From contig JBJTQJ010000002.1 in assembly GCA_046075565.1 (NCBI GenBank), positions 1 to 64,000 of the forward strand: a DNA stretch of 64,000 bases, in the 5' to 3' direction. The translations under genes and the position numbers were made by a program. Shown here one piece after another: positions 1-8,868 of this stretch. The first letter of the stretch is position 1. Each line of letters starts with the position of its first letter. This stretch comes from Verrucomicrobiales bacterium. GTDB taxonomy: Bacteria; Verrucomicrobiota; Verrucomicrobiia; Verrucomicrobiales; SLCJ01. The notes under the pieces were generated by a model that saw only the letters and a list, made by a program, of their open reading frames with translations, was not told where the DNA came from and did not search any database.

Positions 1-1
1 T

Positions 2-367
2 CTCTTCCTGCATCCGAGTGAAATGACCGCAAATTCCGACCAGGAGGGTGTGCCGAACAGCATGCTCGAAGCCATGGCCACTGGTCTGCCCGTGGTGGCG
101 ACTTTCCATGGCGGGATCCCGGAAGCCGTGCGCGACGGAGAAGACGGACGACTCGTCCCCGAGAAAGATCCCGCCGCCCTCGCCTCCGCTATCCTCGAAT
201 TGCTGCGCGACCGCGATAAGCGCGTCCGCTACGGGAGCAATGCCGCCGCGTCCGTGCGCGCCACCTACGGGCTCGAAGCCAGCCTGCGCCGGCTCGAGAA
301 TTGTTACCGGGAGGCGCTTGCCAGCGCTGAGGCGCGGAGGGAGAAGGTGAAACAAATCGCAAAATGA
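2..367 (+). CDS. Glycosyltransferase family 4 (GT-B), C-terminal part; 5'-truncated by window edge
   Basis: Frame open from position 2 (LFLHPSEM...). GT4 E-x7-E motif EGVPNSMLEAMATGLPVVAT, followed by GGIPEAV...GRLV. Confidence 0.9.
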   Translation, partial: LFLHPSEMTANSDQEGVPNSMLEAMATGLPVVATFHGGIPEAVRDGEDGRLVPEKDPAALASAILELLRDRDKRVRYGSNAAASVRATYGLEASLRRLENCYREALASAEARREKVKQIAK

Positions 368-953
368 AAACACTCCAACCAATATTCGACCCGGCGAAGT
401 ATGCCGAAAGAGCCAAGCGCGCTATCGAGAATTTCGGTGCGCCTCCTTGAATTATCTTCCCCATCGTTGGGCCCTTCAGTTACTTTCACTATTGTTGGCG
501 GATCACAAACGCTAACAAGCTTGTTGACTTCGGGAAATCTGAAAGCAGCCTGGGCCTGCTAATTTGGGGCAAAGGTGAGCCTCCGTTGCCCTCTCAAACA
601 AAATTCGGCGGGATGCCCTTTCGTCCGGCAGGCCTTCGTTGGCCTCGCGGGGAGCGCGGGCAGCCATTGCCACTCATCGCTCAGCTGAATTTCTCCGCAC
701 TGCCAAATCATGCGTATTCCAAGTCATTGCTTCCGCTATAAGGAGTTTTAACCCGTATCTCGCGACGGAACTTGCCTGGCTCAATGCGGACGAATCAGCC
801 GAGGATGCACAAGCGCATGCAAAGAAACATTTTTTTACAGAGGACGGACCAGGCGGGTATCCAGATCGATGGTTCACTCTCGGCGACATGGGTATGCTCG
901 TCATTGGCATCAATCACGAGGGGGATGTGGAGGCATGGATCGAATCGCATTAG
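364..953 (+). pseudogene. Degraded DUF1963/YwqG-like gene
   Basis: ATG at 364 overlaps the GT stop. In-frame TGA at 448-450 and TAA at 739-741. Between them the frame reads TKFGGMPFRPAGLRWPRGERGQPLPLIAQLNFSALP (YwqG-like N-terminus). A FTLGDMGMLVIGI C-terminal-like motif lies in another frame and ends at 953. Confidence 0.6.
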
Positions 954-1089
954 AGCATCCTAGAGGGACGCGGCATCCTGACGCTTCCCAATGTTTGTCC
1001 TGACACGCATGGACGCGAGATAATCCGTCTTTCTTCCGCCAGCTCGCGGTCAACTCCATCGTCCAGCTCCGGTAGCAGATTGCCCTCGT

Positions 1090-2241
1090 TCAGCCGGGAA
1101 ATTCGCCGGGGCTGAGGTGGCGGAGGAACTGCTCCACCGGAAGGCAGAGGACGCCGTCGGTGAGCAGTCGCTCTTGGCCTCGATAAAGGAGGAACCGTCT
1201 GCTTTCGGGGTAGTCCTGCCCGAAACTTCTCAAACTATTGAGGTCGGACGATTGCAAACGGCTGCTGTTTTTCACCTCGATGGCAAAGAGTCCGCCGGAG
1301 CCATAAACGACAAAATCGACTTCCACTTTGGAACGTGTTTGCCAGTAGTGGAGACTGTGTTCGCCATGACTGTGGTCGCACCAGGCGCGCAAGTGCTGGG
1401 CCACCAGTCCTTCCAAGGCGGCCCCGTCGATTTCCGCCGTCGAATCAAGGGGGCCTGTCGGACGGTTGGCCCGGAAAACCCCGGCATCAAAGAAGTACAA
1501 TTTCGGATGGGCGGCCAACTCGCGTTTCGCCCTTCGGGTGAAAACGGGCAATCGGAAGGAGAGCAAGAGATCTTCGATGATTTCCAAATACCCTTCCACG
1601 GTTTTCCGGTTCACCTGGCATTCGCGGGCGACGTTGGCCAGATTCAGGACGGCACCATGGGAAAAGCTCATGGCTTCCAGAAAGCGGGCGAAAGAACCCA
1701 CATTCCTGACCAGTCCTTCGGCCTGGACTTCCTCCCGCAAATACAGACCATTGTAGGCGCGAAGGATTTCCGCCGGGTCGGCGGCGGCGCGAACCACCGG
1801 AAGCATTCCCAGCCGGAGTGCCTCCGACAATTTGAAGTTTCCACCCATTTCCGCCGCCATGAAAGGATGCATCGCCTTGCGCGCGGCCCGGCCTCCGAGC
1901 AAATTGACGCCGCTTCGCCGGAGCTTCCGCGCGCTTGAGCCAGTGAGGATAAACCGCAAACCCCGCTTTTGCTCGATCAGGAGATGGGCAACCTCCAACA
2001 ATTCGGGCAGCTTCTGCACCTCGTCGATAACCACATCGCGCAGCCCTTGGATCGCGGTCACCATCTCCACCAACCGCTCCGGCCTTGCCGCCAAGGCCCG
2101 GAGGGTCTCCGGTTCGAGCAAATCCACCCGCAAGGCATCGGGAAAACATTGCCTCGTCCACCAGGTTTTTCCCGTTCCCCGAGGACCGAGGAGGAAAAAG
2201 TGATCCTTCGGGGGCTGTAAAAATCGCGGTGTCGTCTCCAT
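1090..2241 (-). CDS. AAA_14 ATPase with C-terminal DUF4143 domain
   Basis: Walker A GPRGTGKT, Walker B VIDEVQK, LTGSSA, PKLYFFDAG and C-terminal EVDFVV...AIEVK (PD-(D/E)xK-like). Start taken at METTPRF (ATG 2241). Confidence 0.9.
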   Translation of the reverse strand: METTPRFLQPPKDHFFLLGPRGTGKTWWTRQCFPDALRVDLLEPETLRALAARPERLVEMVTAIQGLRDVVIDEVQKLPELLEVAHLLIEQKRGLRFILTGSSARKLRRSGVNLLGGRAARKAMHPFMAAEMGGNFKLSEALRLGMLPVVRAAADPAEILRAYNGLYLREEVQAEGLVRNVGSFARFLEAMSFSHGAVLNLANVARECQVNRKTVEGYLEIIEDLLLSFRLPVFTRRAKRELAAHPKLYFFDAGVFRANRPTGPLDSTAEIDGAALEGLVAQHLRAWCDHSHGEHSLHYWQTRSKVEVDFVVYGSGGLFAIEVKNSSRLQSSDLNSLRSFGQDYPESRRFLLYRGQERLLTDGVLCLPVEQFLRHLSPGEFPG

Positions 2242-2405
2242 TTTGAGGCGCAATATGGCATTACGGATGCAAAAATGCAACAGCTTTTCGGACGCCCGGA
2301 ATGATGACTTCAAACCGCCTGGCCTGAAAACCTTCAGGTTGCGGCAGGCCGATTTCCGAGATATCGGGAGTGGTATTGATGACAATAGGTTTGTGCTTGG
2401 CGTTC

Positions 2406-2428
2406 TTGACCGGATTGACGGCATTGAC
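2406..2428. repeat. 3x TTGAC at 9-bp period, just downstream of the four-helix-bundle gene stop
   Basis: TTGAC at 2406, 2415 and 2424. Confidence 0.8.
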
Positions 2429-2434
2429 GGCCAC

Positions 2435-3217
2435 TTACGCGGGCCTTGTGCCCCGGCAGTCGGGGTAGGTGGGACAACCCCAGAAGTCGCCTTTGGCGGA
2501 CTTTCGTTTGCGCATGGGTTGGGAGCAGAGCGGGCAGGCGGGGGCTTCGGGATCTGCGCGTTGGGCGTCGCGGGCTTGGAGACGTTTGGCCTGTAGGCGT
2601 TCGCTGAAACCGCCGGTCTCCTCGAAGACTCGGCCCTGGGCCTCGACCTGGCTCTTGAGCATGTTCATGGCCCGGCCGATGAGAATAAGCATGGCATTGG
2701 CAACGACGACGGGGTCCGTGCTGTCGAGCCAGGGTGCGTATTTTGCGCGCTGTTCGAGGGCGTGGTTGGCGGATTGATGGACGACGTCGTCGGTAAAGGG
2801 CGGGTCGTCGAGTGAAATGGCATTGACGGTTTTGGCCTCGGGCGAGTGCACGGACCACGGGAGTTCGCCGCGGTCTATGATTAAGATTTCGTAGTCGCCG
2901 CGCAGCTCACTGAGGCTGGCGCGGGCGACGTCGGTGAGCTTCATTTCGGTGTCCTTGGAGGTGGCGGAACGCTCGGAGCCTTCGATAATGTTCTGTCGCC
3001 CGCTGCGGGCAGCTTGGGTCATTTGATCGTATTGGCGGCCTTTTGGGTCGTAGAGTTTTTCGGCGGTATCGCGGTGGTCGAAAGTGAGAAACCTGCGGCA
3101 GAAACGCAGGGTCTCGAGCTGGATAATGGTGGCGAGCGTGAAGGAATGGAGTTTGCGGAAACCCCCGTGTTTGTCGAAAAGTTCGGAGGTCGCGGGGGTT
3201 TTGGGAGGCTGTGGCAT
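2435..3217 (-). CDS. Four-helix-bundle protein (23S rRNA IVP/Avd-like fold) with four-helix suffix domain and C-terminal topoisomerase-type C4 zinc ribbon
   Basis: GGFRKLHSF, DQMTQAARSGRQNIIEGS, LTDVARASLSELRGDY, GGFSERL and CPLC...FWGCPTYPDC. Confidence 0.88.
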   Translation of the reverse strand: MPQPPKTPATSELFDKHGGFRKLHSFTLATIIQLETLRFCRRFLTFDHRDTAEKLYDPKGRQYDQMTQAARSGRQNIIEGSERSATSKDTEMKLTDVARASLSELRGDYEILIIDRGELPWSVHSPEAKTVNAISLDDPPFTDDVVHQSANHALEQRAKYAPWLDSTDPVVVANAMLILIGRAMNMLKSQVEAQGRVFEETGGFSERLQAKRLQARDAQRADPEAPACPLCSQPMRKRKSAKGDFWGCPTYPDCRGTRPA

Positions 3218-3235
3218 GGTAGAAGGGGGGATTGT

Positions 3236-3311
3236 TTGACGGGATTGACAATGTTGACGTAATTGACAAAGGGATGGGTGTCAATGACGTCAGTGGGGTC
3301 ACCTTCGTCAG
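3236..3311. repeat. Symmetric array: 4x TTGAC then 4x GTCA, all at 9-bp period
   Basis: TTGAC at 3236/3245/3254/3263 and GTCA at 3280/3289/3298/3307; dyad centre about 3273.5. Confidence 0.85.
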
Positions 3312-3429
3312 AAATCGCTGCCCCGTCGGCACATTTCCCGATAAACCCCGAGGGCTGGCGCAACATATCCTAATTGAGTGTCGGGCCGTCGTGCTTGAAG
3401 GCTCCCCATTTTCCCGTTTGCCCAATTCT

Positions 3430-6400
3430 ATGTTTTCCAAACGTCTTTCCGCGATGGCGTCGCTGGTCTTCGCGACCGCCGCCCTCCCGCTTTCCGCCCA
3501 ATCGGTGCATGTCTCCCGCATGTGGCACAATCACCAGCCGTTGTATTGGCCGGAATGGAACACGAACGGGAGCCAGACGAAACGCATCGAATTCGCCCGC
3601 GATTCGATGGCCTTGAAGTTCGCCCGTTCGTATGCGGGCAGTGCGTCGAATCATCCGGAAAATGACGTGACGAACATCTTTGGGAATGATGATCGGAGGG
3701 CGGCATACCAAGACCGTCCGCGCGCCTCGCTCGCCCATGGCGACATGCCGGCTGGCTCGGGATTCTGCGTCAGTTTCTCAGGGTCGCTCATGGACAGCGT
3801 GCGTTCCTACGGAGCGAACAACGAGAATGGCTACGGTCCGGGATGGTGGGATGGAAACCGGACGGCCCGCAACTGGACAACTCCAGGTGGCTCCCGGCGG
3901 ATGGACCTCGTCGGTTTCACCTACCACCATTCGCTCGCGCCTCTGCTGCCGGAAGCGGTGTTCCGGAAGGAGATCCAGATCTTCAAACAAGCGTGGTGGA
4001 AGGCGTGGGGAGGGAATTCCAATCTGAGCGATCATTCGAAGGGATTTTTTCCCACGGAAATGGCCTTTTCCCGGCACATGATCGACGTCCTTGCGGATGA
4101 AGGTTACCAATGGGCCATCGTGCCAAGCCATCACCTGAGCCGCACCTGCCCGACTTATTTTGATCGCTTCAATCTCGCCACTGGAAACTATGGCATCTTT
4201 TCGAGTCCTCCGAATCGTGCGGATTTGTTAGGCCCATCGCCGACGAATGGCTGGTGGTATGCGCAACCGAATCCCGGGAACGCAGCGTGGAATGTCGCGC
4301 CCTTCGCGTATCAACTCCACCGCGCCCGCACCGTCGATCCGACCACCGGCGCGGCGAAGGAAATCATCCTCGTGCCATCGGACGACGTGCTGAGCTACCG
4401 CTACGGTTACAGTGACGAGGGCATTAGCAAGATCAACACGCACATCGCTCCGTATTCGGATCCGGCGCGCCCGTCGCTCGTCATGCCTTCGACCGATGGT
4501 GACAATGCCTGGGGCGGGGGATTCGATTCGTGGATGGTGGCGACGCCGAAGTTCTTCAAGGATTCTGCGAACGCGGGTTACAAACCCACGGCGGTGCAGG
4601 ACATGGTGGATGATCACGCGCCTCCATCCGGCCAATACGTGCACATCGAAGATGGCGCGTGGATCTTTCCGGAAAGTTGTTATGGTTCGCCGAACTTCCT
4701 GAAGTGGATTGAGCCTCCGGTGGCGGCGACGGCGACGGCCCGTTATCCCGGCACGGTGGTGGACATGGAGACTCCGGGTTTCGCTTTGAAATTCTGGGCC
4801 TGGGCGCCGGTCATCACGGGTGCCAACTGGGTCGAGACCGCCGAACAAATCCTGCGCGACGAAGGCGGCGACGTGCAATCGTGGAAAATCCAGGCTCCCT
4901 ACGATTGGAATGGTGCGGATACGGGAGCAAATGATGTCGAACTGGCGTGGCACATTTATCTTGGCGGGTTGGATTCCGGCTTCAATTACTATGGCGGGCT
5001 CGGCAATGACGACGAGGTCAAAGCGGCGCTTGCCACGACCCGCACCATGCAGAAGCTGCAGCCCTGGATGACACCCGGGCGGCGGGCCAATGACCGCACC
5101 GCTCCCAGCGTGCTCAAGCCCCAGCGGTTTCCTTACAATCCGGGCGGATATACGTTCGGATGGTTCAACTCGGTTCCCGGTGGCGACACACGTTATCTCA
5201 AACGCATGCCGACCGATTTTTATGTTTGGACGCATGCCTATGATCTCTCGGGTGTGACGAATATGACACTGAAGGTGCGGTTCGACAGTGACGGAGTGAA
5301 CACGATGGGGAATGATCAGAATGAAACCTACGCTGGCGGTTCCGATGTTGGCGGTTGGATGTCGCTGGCCATGACCAAACGCGTGCTGCCCAATTCGCAG
5401 GCCGCGCTCAATGCCGCCGCCAACAACTCGCAGATCAATTATTTCATCACGCCGCCCGAACTCGCCGATTACTATTTTGCCAAGATCAACGAATCGACTT
5501 TGCCGGGTTTCGAGGGCAAATTGCTCGACTACTACATCGAGTCGGTGGATGGCCGGGGCAACGTGCACAAGACGGAAATCCAGCATGTTTTTGTTGAGGA
5601 TGGTGATGGTATCGTCGATCCCCCGCTGCCCGGTGAAGTGGTGAGCATCTCACCAGGGCAACCTGCTGACAACGCGCCCATCACCATCACTTATGATCCG
5701 ACGGGTCGGAATCTCTCGTCCGCTTCGCAGGTTTATATCCATCTCGGGCGCAACGGCTGGCAAAACGTTATCACGCCGCGTCCGGCGATGACCAAGGTGG
5801 GTAATAAATGGCAATACACCTTGGCCGCTTGGCCGGGCACGACCATGCTCGACATGGCCTTCACCTCTGCTTCAGGAAGTGGCGGAACCTGGGATAACAA
5901 TGGCAGCCAGGATTGGCATTTTTCGGTAACTTCGAGCGGAAGTCCGCCGCCACCGGCGACCCCAACCGGATTGACGGTCTCCGCCGTCTCGACGACATCG
6001 ATTTCCCTCGATTGGCCGGATGTCGCGAATGCCACTTCCTATGTGGTTTTCCGCGGCGCAACGGAACTCGGTACGACGATGGTCAGCAATTGGACCGATA
6101 ACGGGCTTGCCCCGTCGAGCACGCATTCCTACACGGTGAAAGCCCGCAATGCCGGTGGGGACTCGGCGGCCAGCGCACCCGCTTCCGCTACGACACTTTC
6201 TGGCTCCGGCGGGGGTTCTGCTTCCTTGCCCTTTACCATGGATGGTCAGCCCGATCATCCGGGTTATCTTCTTTCCAATCCGGGCATGGTCATTCATGCC
6301 GCGGTGCGTGGTGGCAAGCTCTATGTTTGCACCTGGGCGCCGGGCGGGTTCGGAAACGACCACTTCGTCATGATCGGAAATGCCGCCCTGTCCTCACCGA

Positions 6401-7008
6401 CAACACCTGCGCCTTGGGTCAAATCCGGGAGCTTGGCGGTGCCAAACAACCAGCCTTACCTGGCGGCAGAGAGCGCGAATAGCTTTATTGGCTGGTTCAA
6501 CTCGGGGTCGGCGGCAACCACTCTTGCACGTGGCTCCCCTAGCCAACATATGGAAGGAACGATTGATCTTTCCGTTTTCCCGGCTTTGCCAAACACTCTC
6601 TATCTCACCGCGCTGGCCTACCAGAGTGCCGATGCCGGATTGCTCGGTGCCCAGGCTCCCGCGACCGTCGTCGCGGGAAATGATGTCGAAGCTTCGGAGC
6701 TTTTCGCCATTCCTCTCGAAGTGTTGAGGGATGAGGATGCCAACGGCATTTACGACCGTCTCGAACCCGGTGTCGGGTTTGTCGTGACCGAATTCAATCG
6801 TGTCGCCAACTCGCTCAATCTCGATTGGGCTGCTTTTCCCGGACGAACCTACCGGGTTGAGGCAAGCACGACACTTCTGGCAAATTCATGGCAAACCGTG
6901 CCCGGCAGCCAGGTGACCGCCGGTCCTACCGAAACCAGTCTCGGCATTTCTCTCGAAATTCCCCCCGGCGACCTCCGCCGATTCTTCCGCGTGGCCCTCG
7001 ATCCGTGA
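3430..7008 (+). CDS. Secreted GH57-family alpha-glucan hydrolase with starch-binding CBM (CBM25/53-like), FN3 and C-terminal beta-rich domain
   Basis: Signal peptide (...ALPLSA/QS). GH57 motifs WHNHQP, FTYHHSLAPLL, GFFPTEMAFS (nucleophile E) and STDGDN (acid/base D). CBM-like YIHLGRNGW...WDNNGSQDW. FN3 PTGLTVSAVSTTSISLDW...YTVKARN. Confidence 0.8.
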   Translation: MFSKRLSAMASLVFATAALPLSAQSVHVSRMWHNHQPLYWPEWNTNGSQTKRIEFARDSMALKFARSYAGSASNHPENDVTNIFGNDDRRAAYQDRPRASLAHGDMPAGSGFCVSFSGSLMDSVRSYGANNENGYGPGWWDGNRTARNWTTPGGSRRMDLVGFTYHHSLAPLLPEAVFRKEIQIFKQAWWKAWGGNSNLSDHSKGFFPTEMAFSRHMIDVLADEGYQWAIVPSHHLSRTCPTYFDRFNLATGNYGIFSSPPNRADLLGPSPTNGWWYAQPNPGNAAWNVAPFAYQLHRARTVDPTTGAAKEIILVPSDDVLSYRYGYSDEGISKINTHIAPYSDPARPSLVMPSTDGDNAWGGGFDSWMVATPKFFKDSANAGYKPTAVQDMVDDHAPPSGQYVHIEDGAWIFPESCYGSPNFLKWIEPPVAATATARYPGTVVDMETPGFALKFWAWAPVITGANWVETAEQILRDEGGDVQSWKIQAPYDWNGADTGANDVELAWHIYLGGLDSGFNYYGGLGNDDEVKAALATTRTMQKLQPWMTPGRRANDRTAPSVLKPQRFPYNPGGYTFGWFNSVPGGDTRYLKRMPTDFYVWTHAYDLSGVTNMTLKVRFDSDGVNTMGNDQNETYAGGSDVGGWMSLAMTKRVLPNSQAALNAAANNSQINYFITPPELADYYFAKINESTLPGFEGKLLDYYIESVDGRGNVHKTEIQHVFVEDGDGIVDPPLPGEVVSISPGQPADNAPITITYDPTGRNLSSASQVYIHLGRNGWQNVITPRPAMTKVGNKWQYTLAAWPGTTMLDMAFTSASGSGGTWDNNGSQDWHFSVTSSGSPPPPATPTGLTVSAVSTTSISLDWPDVANATSYVVFRGATELGTTMVSNWTDNGLAPSSTHSYTVKARNAGGDSAASAPASATTLSGSGGGSASLPFTMDGQPDHPGYLLSNPGMVIHAAVRGGKLYVCTWAPGGFGNDHFVMIGNAALSSPTTPAPWVKSGSLAVPNNQPYLAAESANSFIGWFNSGSAATTLARGSPSQHMEGTIDLSVFPALPNTLYLTALAYQSADAGLLGAQAPATVVAGNDVEASELFAIPLEVLRDEDANGIYDRLEPGVGFVVTEFNRVANSLNLDWAAFPGRTYRVEASTTLLANSWQTVPGSQVTAGPTETSLGISLEIPPGDLRRFFRVALDP

Positions 7009-7064
7009 ATTTTTGCCCCTACAGGGCGGAAAATCGCCTTCCAAATGGAAATTTGGATTGCAGA

Positions 7065-7080
7065 TGGCACAAGGAACGCT
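7065..7080 (+). promoter_or_regulatory. Possible sigma54 (-24/-12) promoter
   Basis: TGGCACAAGGAACGCT fits GG-N10-GC, 12 nt before ATG 7093; the -12 element is imperfect. Confidence 0.35.
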
Positions 7081-7092
7081 AAACCCTATCCC

Positions 7093-8421
7093 ATGCCCGA
7101 CCTAGACCCCATCCGGCGCGCCCTCGAAACCGCTCCGGACAACATCCCCCTCCTCCTGCTCTACGGGCAGGGGTGCCTCGAGGAATGGTCGCTCGACGAG
7201 GCCGAGACCACCTTCCAGAAGGTGCTCTCCTGTGATGCCCGCAACCTCGACGCGCGTCTCGGACTCGCGCATGTGCTCGCTCTGAGCGGGCGCGGATCCG
7301 AAGCCATCGTTCGGGTCGAGGCCTTGCTTTCCGAACAACCGCGGAATGCCCGCGCCCTCCTGCTGCTTTCACGGGTCCACCTCGCCGAGGGCGACCCGCG
7401 CGAGGCCCGGACGGCTTTCCGACGTGCCCGCGAGATTGATTCTTCGATTTCCGATCCCGGTCTGGAAAGGGAACTGCTCGGCGAACGCCGCCGCCCCGGC
7501 GAAGCCGCTCTCGTGCAGCCGAGCCAAACCGGCGGCGAAGAACGTGATGAAAATGCGGATCCGTTCGCCGGCATGGATGACGACTTCGGCCCTTTCGAGG
7601 ACGATCCTCCCTTCGGTGCCGAGGACATCGAACGTCCGGAAACGCGGTTTGACGATGTTGCCGGTCTCGAAGCGGTGAAACGCGAATTGTCGATGGTCTT
7701 TGTGCACCCGCTCGCCCGCCCGGATCTTTTCCGCAGTTATGGCAAGGCGGCTGGCGGCGGCGTGCTGCTCTACGGCCCGCCCGGCTGCGGCAAGTCCCTG
7801 ATCGCGCGTGCCACTGCTGGTGAAGCCGGAGCCAAATTGCTCGTCGTGCGTCCGCATCAGATCCTCGACATGTATATCGGGAACAGTGAGAAAAATCTCC
7901 ACCAGATTTTCCAACTGGCCCGAGAGAACGCCCCCATCGTGCTCTTCTTCGATGAAGTGGAAGCACTCGCTACGGACCGCAAGGAAACGCGCGGCACCGT
8001 GCCCCGCAGCTTCATTCAGCAGTTCCTCACCGAACTCGATGATCGACCGCGTATGGATGGCGTGCTCGTGCTCGCGGCCACCAACGCCCCATGGATGATC
8101 GATCCGGCCTTCCGGCGTGGCGGAAGGCTCGACCGCGCCCTGCTCGTGCCCGCGCCCGATGCGTCATCCCGCGAGATCATGTTGCGCATGCTGGCCCAGG
8201 ACAAACCGGCCGCCACCATCGACTTCGCCCATATCGCCTCGCTTACCGAGGGATTCACCGGGGCCGACCTCCTTCGCCTCTTCGACCGCGTCGTCGAAGC
8301 CGCCCTCGCCAAGGCCATGGAAGGCAGTTCGATCGTCCCGCTGGAGACCGAGGGTTTCGTCGCGGAAATCCCGGCCATCACTCCGGGTGCGCCCGGCTGG
8401 GAAGCGCGCCAAGGCGGGTAA
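7093..8421 (+). CDS. TPR-repeat AAA+ ATPase (classic clade, Cdc48/FtsH-like ATPase domain)
   Basis: N-terminal TPR-like helices, GVLLYGPPGCGKS, pore loop MYIG, FFDEVE and SRH ATNAPWMIDPAFRRGGRLD. Confidence 0.88.
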   Translation: MPDLDPIRRALETAPDNIPLLLLYGQGCLEEWSLDEAETTFQKVLSCDARNLDARLGLAHVLALSGRGSEAIVRVEALLSEQPRNARALLLLSRVHLAEGDPREARTAFRRAREIDSSISDPGLERELLGERRRPGEAALVQPSQTGGEERDENADPFAGMDDDFGPFEDDPPFGAEDIERPETRFDDVAGLEAVKRELSMVFVHPLARPDLFRSYGKAAGGGVLLYGPPGCGKSLIARATAGEAGAKLLVVRPHQILDMYIGNSEKNLHQIFQLARENAPIVLFFDEVEALATDRKETRGTVPRSFIQQFLTELDDRPRMDGVLVLAATNAPWMIDPAFRRGGRLDRALLVPAPDASSREIMLRMLAQDKPAATIDFAHIASLTEGFTGADLLRLFDRVVEAALAKAMEGSSIVPLETEGFVAEIPAITPGAPGWEARQGG

Positions 8422-8460
8422 GGCTTGACACGCCTCACGATTGGATGAAGATGAAGGGAG

Positions 8461-8868
8461 ATGAACGGCTCCCACCATTCGCCCGTGGATCGGCGGCGGT
8501 TTTTGCTGGCCTTGGGCACCCTTTGTTTTCCGTCCGTTTCGAGCGCGGAACCCTGTTCGTCGTGTAAAGGCAGCGGCACGGGAGCCTTCCAATGCTTTGC
8601 CTGCAAGGGCACGGGCATGTTCGGCAAGATGAAATGCAACTCCTGCCTCGGTCGGGGATTCCAGAAGTGTTCATCGTGCGGCGGGACCGGGCAGGGGCGG
8701 CAAGTATCAAAAGGCCCATGTCCCGCCTGCAAAGGCAGTGGCACCGGGGCCTTCCAGTGCTTCGCCTGCAAGGGCACGGGGATATTCGGCAACACGAAAT
8801 GCAACTCGTGTAACGGCCGGAGATTCCAGAATTGCGGGACCTGTGGCGGGACCGGGCAGCGGAGGTGA
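8461..8868 (+). CDS. Small Tat-signal protein composed of eight DnaJ-type CxxCxGxG zinc-finger motifs
   Basis: DRRRFLLALG...VSSA signal; two 55-aa tandem units, each with four CxxCxGxG-like motifs. Confidence 0.75.
   Translation: MNGSHHSPVDRRRFLLALGTLCFPSVSSAEPCSSCKGSGTGAFQCFACKGTGMFGKMKCNSCLGRGFQKCSSCGGTGQGRQVSKGPCPACKGSGTGAFQCFACKGTGIFGNTKCNSCNGRRFQNCGTCGGTGQRR
8554..8860 (+). repeat. Intragenic tandem duplication, 165-bp period
   Basis: Units start at 8554 and 8719. Protein sequences are closely similar, with many synonymous differences. Confidence 0.85.

Noticed and set aside
448..450. TGA readthrough (selenocysteine or recoding) in the DUF1963-like frame
   Set aside because: An additional TAA and a frameshift follow, and TGA is used as a normal stop throughout the window; decay is the simpler explanation.
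2435..3217. Possible diversity-generating retroelement, given the Avd-like gene
   Set aside because: No reverse transcriptase and no TR/VR pair with adenine-specific mismatches seen in the window.
3236..3311. CRISPR-like interpretation of the periodic repeats (also 56514-56645)
   Set aside because: Periods are 8-9 bp with no unique spacers, and there are no cas genes.
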